A stretch of DNA of 64,000 nt. Source: Candidatus Latescibacterota bacterium. Lineage in GTDB: Bacteria; Latescibacterota; UBA2968. Both the position numbers and the translations under genes were made by a program. The notes below the pieces were generated by a model. The model was given only the letters and a program-made list of their open reading frames with translations. It had not been told where the DNA came from and ran no database searches. Positions within the stretch are counted from its first letter, which is position 1. Every line of letters starts with the position of its first letter. Below are positions 1 to 10,651 of the stretch, in pieces. The DNA is taken from positions 5,344,001-5,408,000 of the forward strand of contig OZ244960.1 in the NCBI GenBank assembly GCA_965222605.1, written 5' to 3'.

Positions 1-987
1 TAAGTCCAGTGCGCTGATGACGCGGTTATTGACTTGTCCTTTGGGCAGCACATCGGGCCATGAAATAATTGCCGGTACTCGAACAGATTCCTCGTAAAAT
101 GTCCGTTTCATCCACAGTGCTTTTTCCCCCACCTGTTCACCGTGGTCTGATGAATATACGATCATTGTGTTCTGTGCAAATCCATTCCGTTTTAATGCCT
201 CCAAAATCTGTCCGATCATGCGATCCATCGCTGTGACCAGTGCCCAGTAAGCTGCGCGGGCGCGCAAGGTATCGGCATCTTCAATTTCCAAGAAACTGTT
301 TCGTTCGCGCCACCATTGAAAAAAGGGATGCGACTCGTCACCCATTGGTTTGGGATGTTTTGGAGGCGTAATCACATCGATGTACTGATCGTAGTCTGCT
401 TTTCGCGCAATATACGGCGAGTGTGGAAGTATATATCCCACATGCAAGCAAAAGGGGTGATCCGTTTGTCCGCTGCGTTTTTTTATGCCCTCTCGATTGA
501 TAAAATCAATTGCTGCCGCTGTCACATCTTCATCGTGTACTTCGTAACTGCTCTGGCCCGCACCTGATTTTTGAACCGATTGGATTAAGTTGCTGGGGGC
601 ATCGCCGTTGCCCGGGTAGTTTGAGGAATGATCTCCAATGGGACGATCCACATATCCGTGCAACTGGTCTGTGCCCAGGGCGTGCATGCGGCCTGTGAGG
701 ACGGGACGGTAGCCCGCCGCGCCCATTGCATGCGCGATTGTTGGCCGTCCTGAATCCAGGATGTGGTGGTTTGTCCACACTTCATTCTCATACGGGTACC
801 GTCCGGTTAACATCGACATCCGCGATGGCGTGCATACAGGCGATGGGCAATAGGCATTATTAAATCTCACGCCCTGTGCAGCGAGCGCATCCAGATGGGG
901 CGTTTGAACGAGTGGATCACCATAACAGCCGAGCACTTTTGGGCTGTGCTGATCAGAGTGGATGTAGAGCAAGTTTGGTCGGTTCAC
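1..987 (-). CDS. Sulfatase (choline-sulfatase-like, Cys-type); 3' end runs off the window
   Basis: Not in the ORF track; read manually: GTG at 987 after GGAGGA, VNRPNLLYIHSDQH...YCPSPVCTPSRMSMLTGRY (CxPxR motif). Confidence 0.9.
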   Translation of the reverse strand, partial: MNRPNLLYIHSDQHSPKVLGCYGDPLVQTPHLDALAAQGVRFNNAYCPSPVCTPSRMSMLTGRYPYENEVWTNHHILDSGRPTIAHAMGAAGYRPVLTGRMHALGTDQLHGYVDRPIGDHSSNYPGNGDAPSNLIQSVQKSGAGQSSYEVHDEDVTAAAIDFINREGIKKRSGQTDHPFCLHVGYILPHSPYIARKADYDQYIDVITPPKHPKPMGDESHPFFQWWRERNSFLEIEDADTLRARAAYWALVTAMDRMIGQILEALKRNGFAQNTMIVYSSDHGEQVGEKALWMKRTFYEESVRVPAIISWPDVLPKGQVNNRVISALDL

Positions 988-1022
988 GTTTCCTCCAGAG
1001 TCTTTTTTGCCAGTAAACAGAA

Positions 1023-1049
1023 GGCAGGCAGCGGTTGCCCGTGCCTGCC
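1023..1049 (-). terminator. Hairpin, putative intrinsic terminator after the FAH gene
   Basis: GGCAGGCA-N11-TGCCTGCC followed by TTCTGTTT on the minus strand. Confidence 0.55.
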
Positions 1050-1077
1050 ATTATTTTGTCAATCAAGAGTGAGACAG

Positions 1078-2049
1078 CTATTTTTCACTCGCAGCTACTG
1101 GGTTCTCTAAGCGGCCGATACCCGAGATCTCAATTTCTACCTTGTCGCCTGGTTGCATATAGGTTCCCGTTGTATTACCCACGCCCGAAATTGTACCCGT
1201 GCTGATCAGGTCGCCCGGCTCGAGTGTGATAATCGCCGAGATGTATTCGATAATTTTATCCACGGGATACAACATTTGTCCCGTGTTATTGTGCTGTTTG
1301 CGGTCGCCATTCACATACGTGCTGATGTCGAGGGTATGTGGGTCTGTGATCTCATCGGAGGTTACAATCCACGGTCCCTGGGGCGCAAAGGTGTCCAGCC
1401 ATTTGCCGTTCAACCAGTCGAACCATTCATCTCTCGGGCGGCTATCTGTGCGTTTTTTAATTTCTAACATGCGCTCGGAAACATCATTCATGACCGTATA
1501 ACCCGCGACGTAGTCCAGTGCGTCTTCTGCTTGTACGCCCTTTGCCTCTCGGCCAATCACCACGGCCAATTCGCCTTCCCAATCTACGCTTCTTGCGATG
1601 GGGGGTATCAAAATTTGATCACCTGGCCCGATTACAGTCGAGGTTGGGGGTTTCATAAATACGCGCGGTGTTTCCTTGTCCTGAATTTGCATCTTGGCCG
1701 TGCCGCCTTCTTCAATGTGATCCTGATAATTGCCCGCAAGGCAGAATAATTTGCGCGGATTGGGTACCGGCGCGCTCAATTTGACTTCGTTGACGGCAAA
1801 GCCGGTCTCGCCATCCGGTGTGCCATTCAAACGCTTTTCAGCATCAGCCGCCGCCTGTTGTGCCGCAGACTGGCCCTCTGTCCCGGCTTCGAGAAGGGCC
1901 AGCATATCCGTAAAAAAGGGATGCGCTTCGCGTTTTTCTGATTGGGCTAATGCGCTGTCTGCTGCTGCGAGATCGACGATAATCGCGTCATCTGCGACGA
2001 CTGCGCCAATGGATTCTTTACCGCCGACTGAATAAGTCGCGAGTTTCAT
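1078..2049 (-). CDS. Fumarylacetoacetate hydrolase family protein
   Basis: CLAGNY..H, FMKP, VDWEGELAVVIG, NDVSER, LEPGDLISTGT; start MKLATY after AGGAG. Confidence 0.92.
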   Translation of the reverse strand: MKLATYSVGGKESIGAVVADDAIIVDLAAADSALAQSEKREAHPFFTDMLALLEAGTEGQSAAQQAAADAEKRLNGTPDGETGFAVNEVKLSAPVPNPRKLFCLAGNYQDHIEEGGTAKMQIQDKETPRVFMKPPTSTVIGPGDQILIPPIARSVDWEGELAVVIGREAKGVQAEDALDYVAGYTVMNDVSERMLEIKKRTDSRPRDEWFDWLNGKWLDTFAPQGPWIVTSDEITDPHTLDISTYVNGDRKQHNNTGQMLYPVDKIIEYISAIITLEPGDLISTGTISGVGNTTGTYMQPGDKVEIEISGIGRLENPVAASEK

Positions 2050-2071
2050 GTTTTTCTCCTTGTGCGAATGC

Positions 2072-2935
2072 TTAATGACTGGTGAACGATAGTGGAAACG
2101 TCGGCTCTTGGGCCTGATTTTGCGTGGGGGTTTCGATCTTCTGGTGATAATATTCTTCGACGAATTCCGCCAGATTTTTGCTCGCCTCTTCAAACACAAT
2201 TTTGCCTTTTTCTGCAGTTGCCTTTTCCGCCTCGCCCATCACGCCCGAATCTGTATATTGACTCGTCCATTCAATTATTCCCACAGGTCCTCTGCTGAAC
2301 AGATCGGTCCAGACAAATTTGGATCCCCGCTTATTGGTTTTGGCAATTTCGCTCTTGATTTTATCCTTGCGCACGCTTTCTGGAGATAAATAGAGCAACA
2401 TGGATGTTTCCAATTCGCCTGCATGCGAACACCCGCCGGGAAATACGCTTTCGCGCCATTCTTTGTCAAAGTCTGGATCGACCTTGAGCAATTGCCACCA
2501 CGAGCAAAAAGCACAACTCGCGTCTGTTTCTACAATTGTGCGCCGGGCGACCATTTCGACCAGATTGTGATTGGAACCGTGTCCGTTGACGAGCATCATT
2601 TTTTTGAAGCCGTGATAGGCCAGACTTTTGCAGATGTCCAGCACGTACTGAATAAAGTGTTCGTAGTGTATATTCAGCGAGCCGGGAAAATCCATGACGT
2701 GATGCACATATCCATAACTCACGGGCGGTAGCACCAGGCTGTATTCCGGTTTTAAGCGCGCGCCTTCGGTCGCCACGGCATTGGCACACAGATGATCGAC
2801 TTTCAAGGGCAAGTGATGCCCGTGCTGTTCGACTGCTCCGGTTGGAATAATCGGAATTTTTCCCATTTCCACTGCTTCGTTCACTTCGGGCCAGGTCAGT
2901 TCGTCAAATTTGTAGATATCTTTTACAGAAGCCAT
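2072..2935 (-). CDS. Creatininase/creatinine amidohydrolase family
   Basis: GAVEQHGHHLP, NGHGSN, HAGELETS motifs. Confidence 0.92.
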   Translation of the reverse strand: MASVKDIYKFDELTWPEVNEAVEMGKIPIIPTGAVEQHGHHLPLKVDHLCANAVATEGARLKPEYSLVLPPVSYGYVHHVMDFPGSLNIHYEHFIQYVLDICKSLAYHGFKKMMLVNGHGSNHNLVEMVARRTIVETDASCAFCSWWQLLKVDPDFDKEWRESVFPGGCSHAGELETSMLLYLSPESVRKDKIKSEIAKTNKRGSKFVWTDLFSRGPVGIIEWTSQYTDSGVMGEAEKATAEKGKIVFEEASKNLAEFVEEYYHQKIETPTQNQAQEPTFPLSFTSH

Positions 2936-2961
2936 TATTTCACCTTTCTAAGGATATTTAG

Positions 2962-4108
2962 TCAATTCCTAATCGAGACATCGCCGCCACTCGATTCTTT
3001 TACTTTAACTGGCTTTGCGCCACCACGCACCAGGATGTCGCCACCAGAGCTGGCATGGGCGTTTACGGTTTTAGTCAACATAGCAATGATATCGCCTCCA
3101 CTGGAAGCCCGTAGATTGCCGTTCTGACATGTGAGATCGCTCGCCTTCACATCGGCACTGCTGGTCGCTTTGACGTCCAAATTGTCGCACGTTCCGGACA
3201 GTACGACATCGCCACTACTGGTCGCATCTACAGACACATCTCCGCCAGAGACTTTGGCGCGGATATTACTGGAGGATGTGGACCGCAAATTGAGCTGCTG
3301 GGCAGTGAGATCGCTCGCCTTCACATCGGCACTGCTGGTCGCTTTGATGTCCAATTTATCACAAGTTCCGGATAGGATTACATCGGCGCTGCTGGTCGCT
3401 TTGATGTCCAAATTATCGTAAGTTCCGGATGAGATCGCTCGCCTTCACATCGGCACTGCTGGTCGCATGTCCAATTTATCACAACGGATAGGATACATCG
3501 GCGCTGCTGGTCGCTTTGATGTCCAAATTATCGTAAGTTCCGGATAGGATTACATCGCCACTACTGGTCGCATCTACGGATACATCGCCACCCGCGACTT
3601 CCGCATTGATGTCTCCAGAAGAAGAAGCTTTGATGGCAAGATCACTGGTTTTGATTTCCTGTGCCGTTACGATGCTGCTGGAAGACGCGTCGAGACGGTC
3701 AATACTGGGGGCTGTAACGCGCACTGTGTAGGTGGGTACGCGCTCGCCATTTATTTTTATAACGCGCTGTCCATTGACGCGCTTAATCGATATGTTCTTG
3801 TCGTTGGACTCTATGCCGAAGAACCGCTGCCAGGTTGATGAGTTCTTACCCTTCCATATCTCTTCCGGACGCGTGGCAATAAGTACGCCATCCTCCACCC
3901 GTAGCTCCAGGCCGCTGAAATCACCGCTCTCGGTATAGGCCACTACACTGAAGGCATTGCCCTGTGTGAGTTCGATATCAACGGCGGCACTGGCATATAC
4001 ACCGGTAAATCCTTTGAGATCGTACGTCTTGTTCTCATCAGCGTGACTCGTGAGCCAGCCAACAAGTACTACCATCGTCAAAACGGTAAGGTATAGCCAA
4101 AATTGCAT
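2962..4108 (-). pseudogene. GIN/DUF2807 (auto-transporter adhesin head) repeat protein, frameshifted by a degenerate 115-bp tandem duplication
   Basis: Signal peptide MQFWLYLT..., repeats ATSSGDV/ATSSADV; the two track ORFs join into one 344-codon ORF if 3431-3545 is removed. Confidence 0.8.
3307..3545. repeat. Tandem duplication: 124-bp unit (3307-3430) plus a 115-bp copy with three small deletions (3431-3545)
   Basis: The second copy lacks TTTG, GTTC and one T relative to the first. Confidence 0.85.
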
Positions 4109-4177
4109 TGTAACCCTCCTTAATTTGTCCTGCCTGCTGTGCGGTTTGAAGGGGAACCACTGTCGTCGCATCCGTTG

Positions 4178-4205
4178 CGGGCGGGCACAGGGGCACCGCC
4201 CCTAC
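4178..4205 (-). repeat. GTAG-type REP palindrome overlapping the stop codon of the upstream gene
   Basis: Minus strand GTAG-GGGCGGTGC-CCCTGT-GCCCGCCC; the TAG of GTAG is the stop of 4202..5314. Confidence 0.7.
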
Positions 4206-5314
4206 ATCACCCTGAACTCCATCACCACATCTTCGTTCAGATCTACACCCAGTCCGGGGCGATCTGTCAGATGTAATGCACCATCTCGAAATGCCATCTC
4301 GTGTTGGGCCAGCTTTTGTGCCAGGGGAGATGGCACTCGCGTGTATTCTGTTAGAGGTTGTTCGCCCGCTGCGGCCCATTGGGCAGATGCTGCCAATAAG
4401 ACACCGGTGCCAAATGCGTGAGGTACGGCACGTGCCCCCGTCTCGTTCGCCAATTTTTCAATTGCCAGACCGCCGGTAATTCCACCTACGCGCCCCAAAT
4501 CGGGTTGTACAAAATGGAGTTTGCCATTGTGCAGCAAGTCGGCGTATTCGCTTACCAGAGTCATTGCTTCGCCACCAGCAATTGGAATGGACGATTGCGT
4601 TGAGAGTTCGCCATATCCCTGCACATCAAATGGGTGCAACGGCTCCTCGAGCCAGAACACATTGTATTTCTCAAATCGCGCCACGCGGCCCAATGCGGTT
4701 TCCGCATCCCACGCGCGACCTGCATCTACCATCAAATTTACATCTGGCCCCAAAGCGTCTCGTGCCGCTGCGACCAGTGCCTCGTCTAAATCTGCATCTG
4801 GTCCCATTGGCGCCCAACCGTATTTTACAGACTGATAGCCCTGTGTCAAAAATGCGCTCGCGGATTTTTGTACCAATTCCGGATGCTCGGGCCACAGGAC
4901 ACTCGCATAAGCAGGCACTACATCTGCAGCATCATCTCGCAATAGCTTGCGCACGGGTTTGCCTGCAGCTTTTCCCCGAATATCCCACAGTGCCATGTCA
5001 ATGCCACTCATGGCCTGCCGCGCCACGCCGCCGGGACCATACCAGGATACGCCTTCGATCATGGCGTCGTGAATTGCGTCAAAATCCAGCGCGTCCATGC
5101 CGATTACTATCGCTGATAGGCCATGGCGAAATGGCGCAGAGCGCGGTGCTTCAATTACGGCTTTGGCTACGTAGGAACACGATACGGCTTCACCCAATCC
5201 CGTTATGCCCTCATCGGTATGCACCCGCACGATCAGGCAGTCCTGAGTCCCATCGGCTGCCTCTACAACTTCTGGTAACCGCAAATGAATGGCTTCAATA
5301 TGGGTAATTTTCAT
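4202..5314 (-). CDS. Mandelate racemase/muconate lactonizing enzyme family (sugar-acid dehydratase-like)
   Basis: SGIDMALWDIRGK, LMVDAG, WLEEP, GGE, VQPDLGRVGG. Confidence 0.92.
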   Translation of the reverse strand: MKITHIEAIHLRLPEVVEAADGTQDCLIVRVHTDEGITGLGEAVSCSYVAKAVIEAPRSAPFRHGLSAIVIGMDALDFDAIHDAMIEGVSWYGPGGVARQAMSGIDMALWDIRGKAAGKPVRKLLRDDAADVVPAYASVLWPEHPELVQKSASAFLTQGYQSVKYGWAPMGPDADLDEALVAAARDALGPDVNLMVDAGRAWDAETALGRVARFEKYNVFWLEEPLHPFDVQGYGELSTQSSIPIAGGEAMTLVSEYADLLHNGKLHFVQPDLGRVGGITGGLAIEKLANETGARAVPHAFGTGVLLAASAQWAAAGEQPLTEYTRVPSPLAQKLAQHEMAFRDGALHLTDRPGLGVDLNEDVVMEFRVM

Positions 5315-5332
5315 ATCTTACCTTTTACGGCC

Positions 5333-6130
5333 TTACCCCTTTTGCAATACCCGCCACCGATCGTACAATGGCCGCATTTCTTTTGGCAAAAATCCGCGCA
5401 CATTGTCCGCCAGCATCCACTTCAGGCGCGGGTCTGTCTCGGCGGGTTTGCTATCTTTAGCGTACATACTCCAGCTTCCGGACAGGGTCAATCGCTCCAC
5501 ATCCTTTTTCATTACCCCGCGATGAAGCAAATTGCCAGTCCAAAATACGGTTTGTCCGGCTTTGAGGGGCACGGCATATTGTCCCGGGATATTGTCGTGA
5601 CGTTCCTCTAATAAGCACCTGCGCTCGTGGGCGGTGCGGTACCTTTTGTGACTGCCGGGCACAATTTGCAAACAATAATCATCTACCAGTGCGAGATGCC
5701 ACCTCAAACCCCTTTGGGGACGATTCAAGATTTCCATTTCTACCTGGTACGATCCGTCGCGTTCTTTACTTCCAAAATCCCGGTGCCAGCCAAAACCGTA
5801 ATCCGCCTCATAGGGATTTGTAAAGATGAGTGCGCCTCCCAATTGTAGCTGTGTCCCCAAAAAAGCGCGCGTGTATTTCATTATGGGTTCTGACATCAGA
5901 TATTCGGCAAAAACCGGCTCGTTCATCTTGGGGGCAAACAACCCGCGAATCGCCCAGGGTTCTCCGTCCTCCGAGCGGTGGGTGTACAAATCCACTTCGC
6001 CTGAACGCACCTTTTGCTTGGCGCGAATCGCAGCTTCCAACAGGGAGTTTAGCATATCGGGATCGACAGCGTCATCCACAATAAAAAACCCCTGCTTCCT
6101 GTATTGTCGTTTCTCGGTGTCGCAAAACAT
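5333..6130 (-). CDS. Phytanoyl-CoA dioxygenase (PhyH) family
   Basis: WHRD, VPGSH, LLHRG Fe(II)/2OG triad. Confidence 0.85.
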   Translation of the reverse strand: MFCDTEKRQYRKQGFFIVDDAVDPDMLNSLLEAAIRAKQKVRSGEVDLYTHRSEDGEPWAIRGLFAPKMNEPVFAEYLMSEPIMKYTRAFLGTQLQLGGALIFTNPYEADYGFGWHRDFGSKERDGSYQVEMEILNRPQRGLRWHLALVDDYCLQIVPGSHKRYRTAHERRCLLEERHDNIPGQYAVPLKAGQTVFWTGNLLHRGVMKKDVERLTLSGSWSMYAKDSKPAETDPRLKWMLADNVRGFLPKEMRPLYDRWRVLQKG

Positions 6131-6289
6131 GACCGCCTCCTTTTATGTGCGGCGCAATATAGGTGTGTCTCGCTGCAAATACAAAAAAAAAGCGCGGGGG
6201 TTTTGTCCTGCTCAGAAAACAGTGGCAGGCCAGTGTCATTGTGATATTTTAAGATAGGATACAGAGCATTGTGTGGATAAGCGATTGAA

Positions 6290-8491
6290 ATGGAGGAAGA
6301 CATGATTGGACCACGGTTGAGTGATGCGGCATTTTTTGAGGCACTCGATTTGTCGCGCGCGGATATGAGAGCTGTGAAAAGAGCTATAGAAGCGCAAGAT
6401 TGGGCGGGTGCGCGGCGTGCGTTTGCAGAACATATTCGCACGCGGGAAAATCCGAAGTGGTTTTCGGATTGGCGAAATCGGTCAGAGCCACAGGATCGGG
6501 ATGCAGAGGTCGAACTGGTGCGCGTGGGAGATCGTGCGATCAGAGATGTTGATCTCGAAAAGGCCGATCGCATTGCGGCAAATACGCTGATGAGTTGCGA
6601 TGTGGAAGAGGCATTTGGGGATGTGATCAATTGGGAATTGGATCCGATCAATTACAGGGAATGGACGTGGCAGTTGTCGCGCCATCCTTTTTGGGTCGCA
6701 CTGGGGCAGGCGTATTGGAAAACGGGTGATGAAAAATATGCCGAGGCATTCAGGCAGCAGATGCGACACTGGATCGAACATGTGCTGATGCCGGTGGGTG
6801 AGGATGGCAATACCTGGAAAGAGGATGCAGAGATGGGTACGGATCGCACGAATTGCTGGCGCACGATTGAGTGTGGGATTCGTATGGGGCAGACGTGGCC
6901 TGCGGCGTTTTATTATTTTCTTTCGTCTGAAACATTTGGTGATGAAGATGTGTGTTTGATGGTGAAAAGTATGGTCGAACACGCGCGGCATCTCACGCTA
7001 TGGCCGCGCGGTGGCAACTGGCAGACGATGCAGGCCAATGGGCAATATCACGTTGGAGCGCTGTTTCCCGAGTTCAAAGAAGCCGCAAGCTGGCGCGAGA
7101 TTGCCATGCAGTCGCTGTATGAGGAACTGGATGAGCAGGTTTATCCCGATGGCGCGCAGATTGAGTTGTCGAGTGGGTATCATCAGGTGAGTTTGCGAAA
7201 TTTTGTGATGGCACTCGCGATTGCGCGGTTGAATGATTTGCCCATGCCGGCGGATTATGTCGCAAAATTGGAGCGTATGTATCACTACAATCTATATCTG
7301 GCTATGCCCAATTTGCGATTGCCCGCGCTTAATGACGGCGGGCAGACGGATATTGCGCCCTATATGCAGGGTGGATTCAGGTTTTTTTTAGAACGGACTG
7401 ATTTTCAATGGGCGGGTTCTGGGCGTGCTGAAGGAACAAAGCCGGAAATCCTGTCGTGCGCTTTTCCCTACGCGGGGCATTTTGCCATGCGTTCGGGATG
7501 GGAACCGGATGATCTCTATCTCTTTTTTGACGGCGGTCCGTTTGGCTATGGGCATCAGCACGAAGATAAGCTGAATATCATGCTTTACGCACATGGTCGT
7601 GTGCATGTGGTGGATCCGGGGAATTATCCATACGATTCATCACAGTGGCGCGCTTATGTGCTGTCAACCCGCGCGCACAATACGGTGATGGTGGATGGAA
7701 TGGAGCAAAATCAGCGTGGAAAATCACGGGAGGAGTACGTGGTATCCGAGCCGCTGCCGCATAAGTGGATTTCAAATGAGAAATGCGATTATGTGTCGGC
7801 GAGTTACGATTTGGGATATGGACCTGAGCGGGATCAGACCGTCACGCATACGCGGTCAATTTTGTTTGTGAAACCCGAGTTTTGGATTGTGACGGAGATT
7901 CTCAAGCCCTCGGATGAGGCGTCTCACACGTATGAAGCGATGTTTCATCTCGATGCGGATGACGCCGAGGTACTGGCGAATGGTCGCGATGTTATGACAA
8001 AAAATAGTGCGGGTGAGAGCAATCTGGGCATTTATGCCATTTCTACAAAGCCGATAGATGTGCGTATTGTAAGTGGACAGGAAGAACCGACCGTGCAGGG
8101 GTGGATTCCTCGAGGGGGACCCTATCAGTGTGAACCGATTCCAACGGCAATTTTCAAAGCAGAAGGCGATGGCTCCACGCTGATGTCATACGTTTTATAT
8201 CCCGTGAAAGCAGGTGAAGAATCACCTGTGTCACATGTGGAACACATTCACGCGGTGGGGGACAACGGGCGAGTTGCGATTGCCGGGCGGGTTGCGTTGC
8301 GCGATGGGAGGGAGATTTATTTTGTGCAATCAGAAGCGGGCAAAGGTAGGATACGCGTTTCTGATGGGGAAACCGATGTCGAAGCCGGCGCGATGGAATT
8401 GGTCGATGGATGGGTAAACAAAATAGTTCTCGCAAATGGACAAATGGTGCGGGTATATGGGCAGGAGATTCGGGAGGGGCAATTGCTGTAA
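6290..8491 (+). CDS. Heparinase II/III family polysaccharide lyase
   Basis: WQLSRH, GNWQ, PDGAQIELSSGYH, GHQHEDKL, DPGNYPY, STRAHNT. Confidence 0.9.
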   Translation: MEEDMIGPRLSDAAFFEALDLSRADMRAVKRAIEAQDWAGARRAFAEHIRTRENPKWFSDWRNRSEPQDRDAEVELVRVGDRAIRDVDLEKADRIAANTLMSCDVEEAFGDVINWELDPINYREWTWQLSRHPFWVALGQAYWKTGDEKYAEAFRQQMRHWIEHVLMPVGEDGNTWKEDAEMGTDRTNCWRTIECGIRMGQTWPAAFYYFLSSETFGDEDVCLMVKSMVEHARHLTLWPRGGNWQTMQANGQYHVGALFPEFKEAASWREIAMQSLYEELDEQVYPDGAQIELSSGYHQVSLRNFVMALAIARLNDLPMPADYVAKLERMYHYNLYLAMPNLRLPALNDGGQTDIAPYMQGGFRFFLERTDFQWAGSGRAEGTKPEILSCAFPYAGHFAMRSGWEPDDLYLFFDGGPFGYGHQHEDKLNIMLYAHGRVHVVDPGNYPYDSSQWRAYVLSTRAHNTVMVDGMEQNQRGKSREEYVVSEPLPHKWISNEKCDYVSASYDLGYGPERDQTVTHTRSILFVKPEFWIVTEILKPSDEASHTYEAMFHLDADDAEVLANGRDVMTKNSAGESNLGIYAISTKPIDVRIVSGQEEPTVQGWIPRGGPYQCEPIPTAIFKAEGDGSTLMSYVLYPVKAGEESPVSHVEHIHAVGDNGRVAIAGRVALRDGREIYFVQSEAGKGRIRVSDGETDVEAGAMELVDGWVNKIVLANGQMVRVYGQEIREGQLL

Positions 8492-8673
8492 GGGGTAAGA
8501 GACGAGATGTGTTTGCACGAGATTCCCTATTCGTGTGGGCAATCACTTCTAATCGCAAACACCGCCATCGTTATCCGTTGTTATTCGAAGATTACGATCA
8601 TTTGAAGGTTGTGGTATTGAATTCGCCCAGAGAAATGTACCAGTGGCTACGAGAGACTTTTCCCGAGAAATAG
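8492..8673 (+). pseudogene. 3' stump of an adenylate-kinase-like (FlaR/topology-modulation-type) gene
   Basis: RDSLFVWAITSNRKHRHRYP...HLKVVVLNSPREMYQWL* resembles that family's C-terminus; no start codon or P-loop. Confidence 0.55.
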
Positions 8674-8696
8674 AGGTTAGAAATCAGCGGCATATC

Positions 8697-10610
8697 ATGA
8701 CGCCAAAAGCATTGACGGTTGGGGTTCTGGTCGTTGTTGCGGTGAATTTGTTGGCGCCGTTTTCCGAGTGGATTGTGCGATCTACGCTGTTGACGACCAA
8801 TTATTTTCCGTTGGGATTGGCGGCGTTGTTCATTTTTGTGGTTGTGGTCTTGAATCCAGTTTTGAAGACAGTGAAGCGCGATGGGGGATTGACGGGTGAT
8901 GAATTGGGCGTGGTCTATACGATGCTTTTGGCCGCGGTATCAGTGCCGACTTATGGCGTGACCGGTTATGTGATTTCCGTGTCGGCTTCGCCCTTTTATT
9001 TTGCGACAACTGAGAATGGCTGGGGCGAATTTATACACGACCATGTGCCCCTGTGGGCTGTGCCCGGAGGCGGACGCGCAGTGGCATGGTTTTTTGAGGG
9101 ATTGCCACCGGGCGCGAAAATTCCATGGGAAGTGTGGATTATGCCGCTGTTCTGGTGGGGATCGGTAATTGTCGCAACACTGACGCTTTGCACTTGTCTC
9201 ATTGCAGTATTTCGCAAGCAGTGGGTAGATAAAGAGCGGCTGAATTTCCCCCTGGTTGATGTGCCGTTGGCGATGATGGATGGCGCCGAAGATGGTCGAA
9301 TTTTGCCAAAATTTATGCGTAGTCGCTTGTTCTGGATCGGTTTTGCCATTGCCGCCGGCAAAATTGCGTGGAATGTGCCGGGTTATTTTTTTGAGGGTTG
9401 GCCGAGTATTCCCGCTATTCGATTGAGTATTCCGGGCGGGCAGGTTTGGCCGGGGATTTCGACAAATTTTTCACTGCCTCTGGTGGGGATTACGTATTTT
9501 GTCAATGTGGATGTGATTTTTAGTGTGTGGTTTTTCAATTTGTTCAATATGGCCGAGGTCGCGCTGTTTAATCGCACGGGGTTTACTATTGGCACATCAG
9601 AGGTTTATTCGGTTAGTCCAGCGGCGTTGGGATGGCAGGGGTTTGGGGCATTTGCGGCGATTGTGATGGGTGGTGTTTGGGTCGCGCGCGAACATTTGTG
9701 CGGGGTGTGGCGAACCGCATTGGGAAAGGCCGATGGCGTTTCAGACCGAGATGAGATCATGGGGTATCGCACGGCACTGATAGGGATTGCGCTCGGGGTT
9801 GTGTACATTCTTTTTTGGTTGACGCGCATTGGTATCCACCCGGGTGTGGCTTTGTTGCTTCTCTTTGCGGTTATTACGCTTTATCTGGGCCTGACGCGCA
9901 TTGTGATTGAGGGGGGATTGGTTTTTGTGCGGGGGCCTCTCGTGCCGCAGGCTTATGCGATGCATCTCATTGGACCGGCGGATTTGACGGGTTCAACGAT
10001 GACGGGACTGGGATTGTCGTATGGATGGGCGTGTGATCCTATCGCCACATTTATGCCTTTTGGCGCAAATGCTGCGCGTGTACACAGCGAGCAGCGGTTT
10101 CCGCGAGGCGTTTATCTCTCCGCGGTTGGATTGGCACTGGGTATCAGTTTGGTCGTGTCTTTTTATTTTTCGCTCAAACTGGCGTATGCTTCGGGCGCGT
10201 ACAATTTTGGCGAGTGGGTATTTCGCCGCGGCGGGCAGGTGCCTTATGATACGGTTGTGGCGAAAATTAAGGCGGCAGAGACGCTCAAATTTGGTCATTT
10301 TGCGTTTTTGGGTATTGGCGCGCTCGTGACAGTTTTGCTGACGTATTTGCGCCATCGGTTCGCCTGGTGGCGCTTGCATCCCATCGGGTTTTCAATTGCT
10401 TCTGTGGGACAAGTGAGGCGGACTTTGTTGTCGCTATTTGTTGCCTGGGCGATTAAAACACTTTTGATTCGTTTTGGCGGTTTGATGCTGTACAACGGCG
10501 CAAAGCCTTTTTTTGTCGGTCTCGTCGTGGGGCACTTTTCTGGCGCTGGCGTGTCGTTCATCATCGATGCGTTGTGGTTTCGCGGACATGGGCACAGTTT
10601 GTATTTTTGA
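8697..10610 (+). CDS. DUF6785/DUF6784 polytopic membrane protein (putative transporter, OPT-like)
   Basis: Many TM segments; RKQWVDKERLNFPLV and WWRLHPIGF signature motifs. Confidence 0.8.
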   Translation: MTPKALTVGVLVVVAVNLLAPFSEWIVRSTLLTTNYFPLGLAALFIFVVVVLNPVLKTVKRDGGLTGDELGVVYTMLLAAVSVPTYGVTGYVISVSASPFYFATTENGWGEFIHDHVPLWAVPGGGRAVAWFFEGLPPGAKIPWEVWIMPLFWWGSVIVATLTLCTCLIAVFRKQWVDKERLNFPLVDVPLAMMDGAEDGRILPKFMRSRLFWIGFAIAAGKIAWNVPGYFFEGWPSIPAIRLSIPGGQVWPGISTNFSLPLVGITYFVNVDVIFSVWFFNLFNMAEVALFNRTGFTIGTSEVYSVSPAALGWQGFGAFAAIVMGGVWVAREHLCGVWRTALGKADGVSDRDEIMGYRTALIGIALGVVYILFWLTRIGIHPGVALLLLFAVITLYLGLTRIVIEGGLVFVRGPLVPQAYAMHLIGPADLTGSTMTGLGLSYGWACDPIATFMPFGANAARVHSEQRFPRGVYLSAVGLALGISLVVSFYFSLKLAYASGAYNFGEWVFRRGGQVPYDTVVAKIKAAETLKFGHFAFLGIGALVTVLLTYLRHRFAWWRLHPIGFSIASVGQVRRTLLSLFVAWAIKTLLIRFGGLMLYNGAKPFFVGLVVGHFSGAGVSFIIDALWFRGHGHSLYF

Positions 10611-10651
10611 GAAGGATAAAAAAGAACTAAAAAAAATAAAGGAGATTTGTA

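Noticed and set aside
3130-3580. Repeats resembling a CRISPR array or DGR template/variable repeats
   Set aside because: They are in-frame coding repeats of the GIN domain, with no unique spacers, cas genes, reverse transcriptase or A-specific variation
6272-6280. DnaA-box match TGTGGATAA (also at 40367-40375)
   Set aside because: Isolated single boxes with no cluster, no AT-rich unwinding element and no dnaA context
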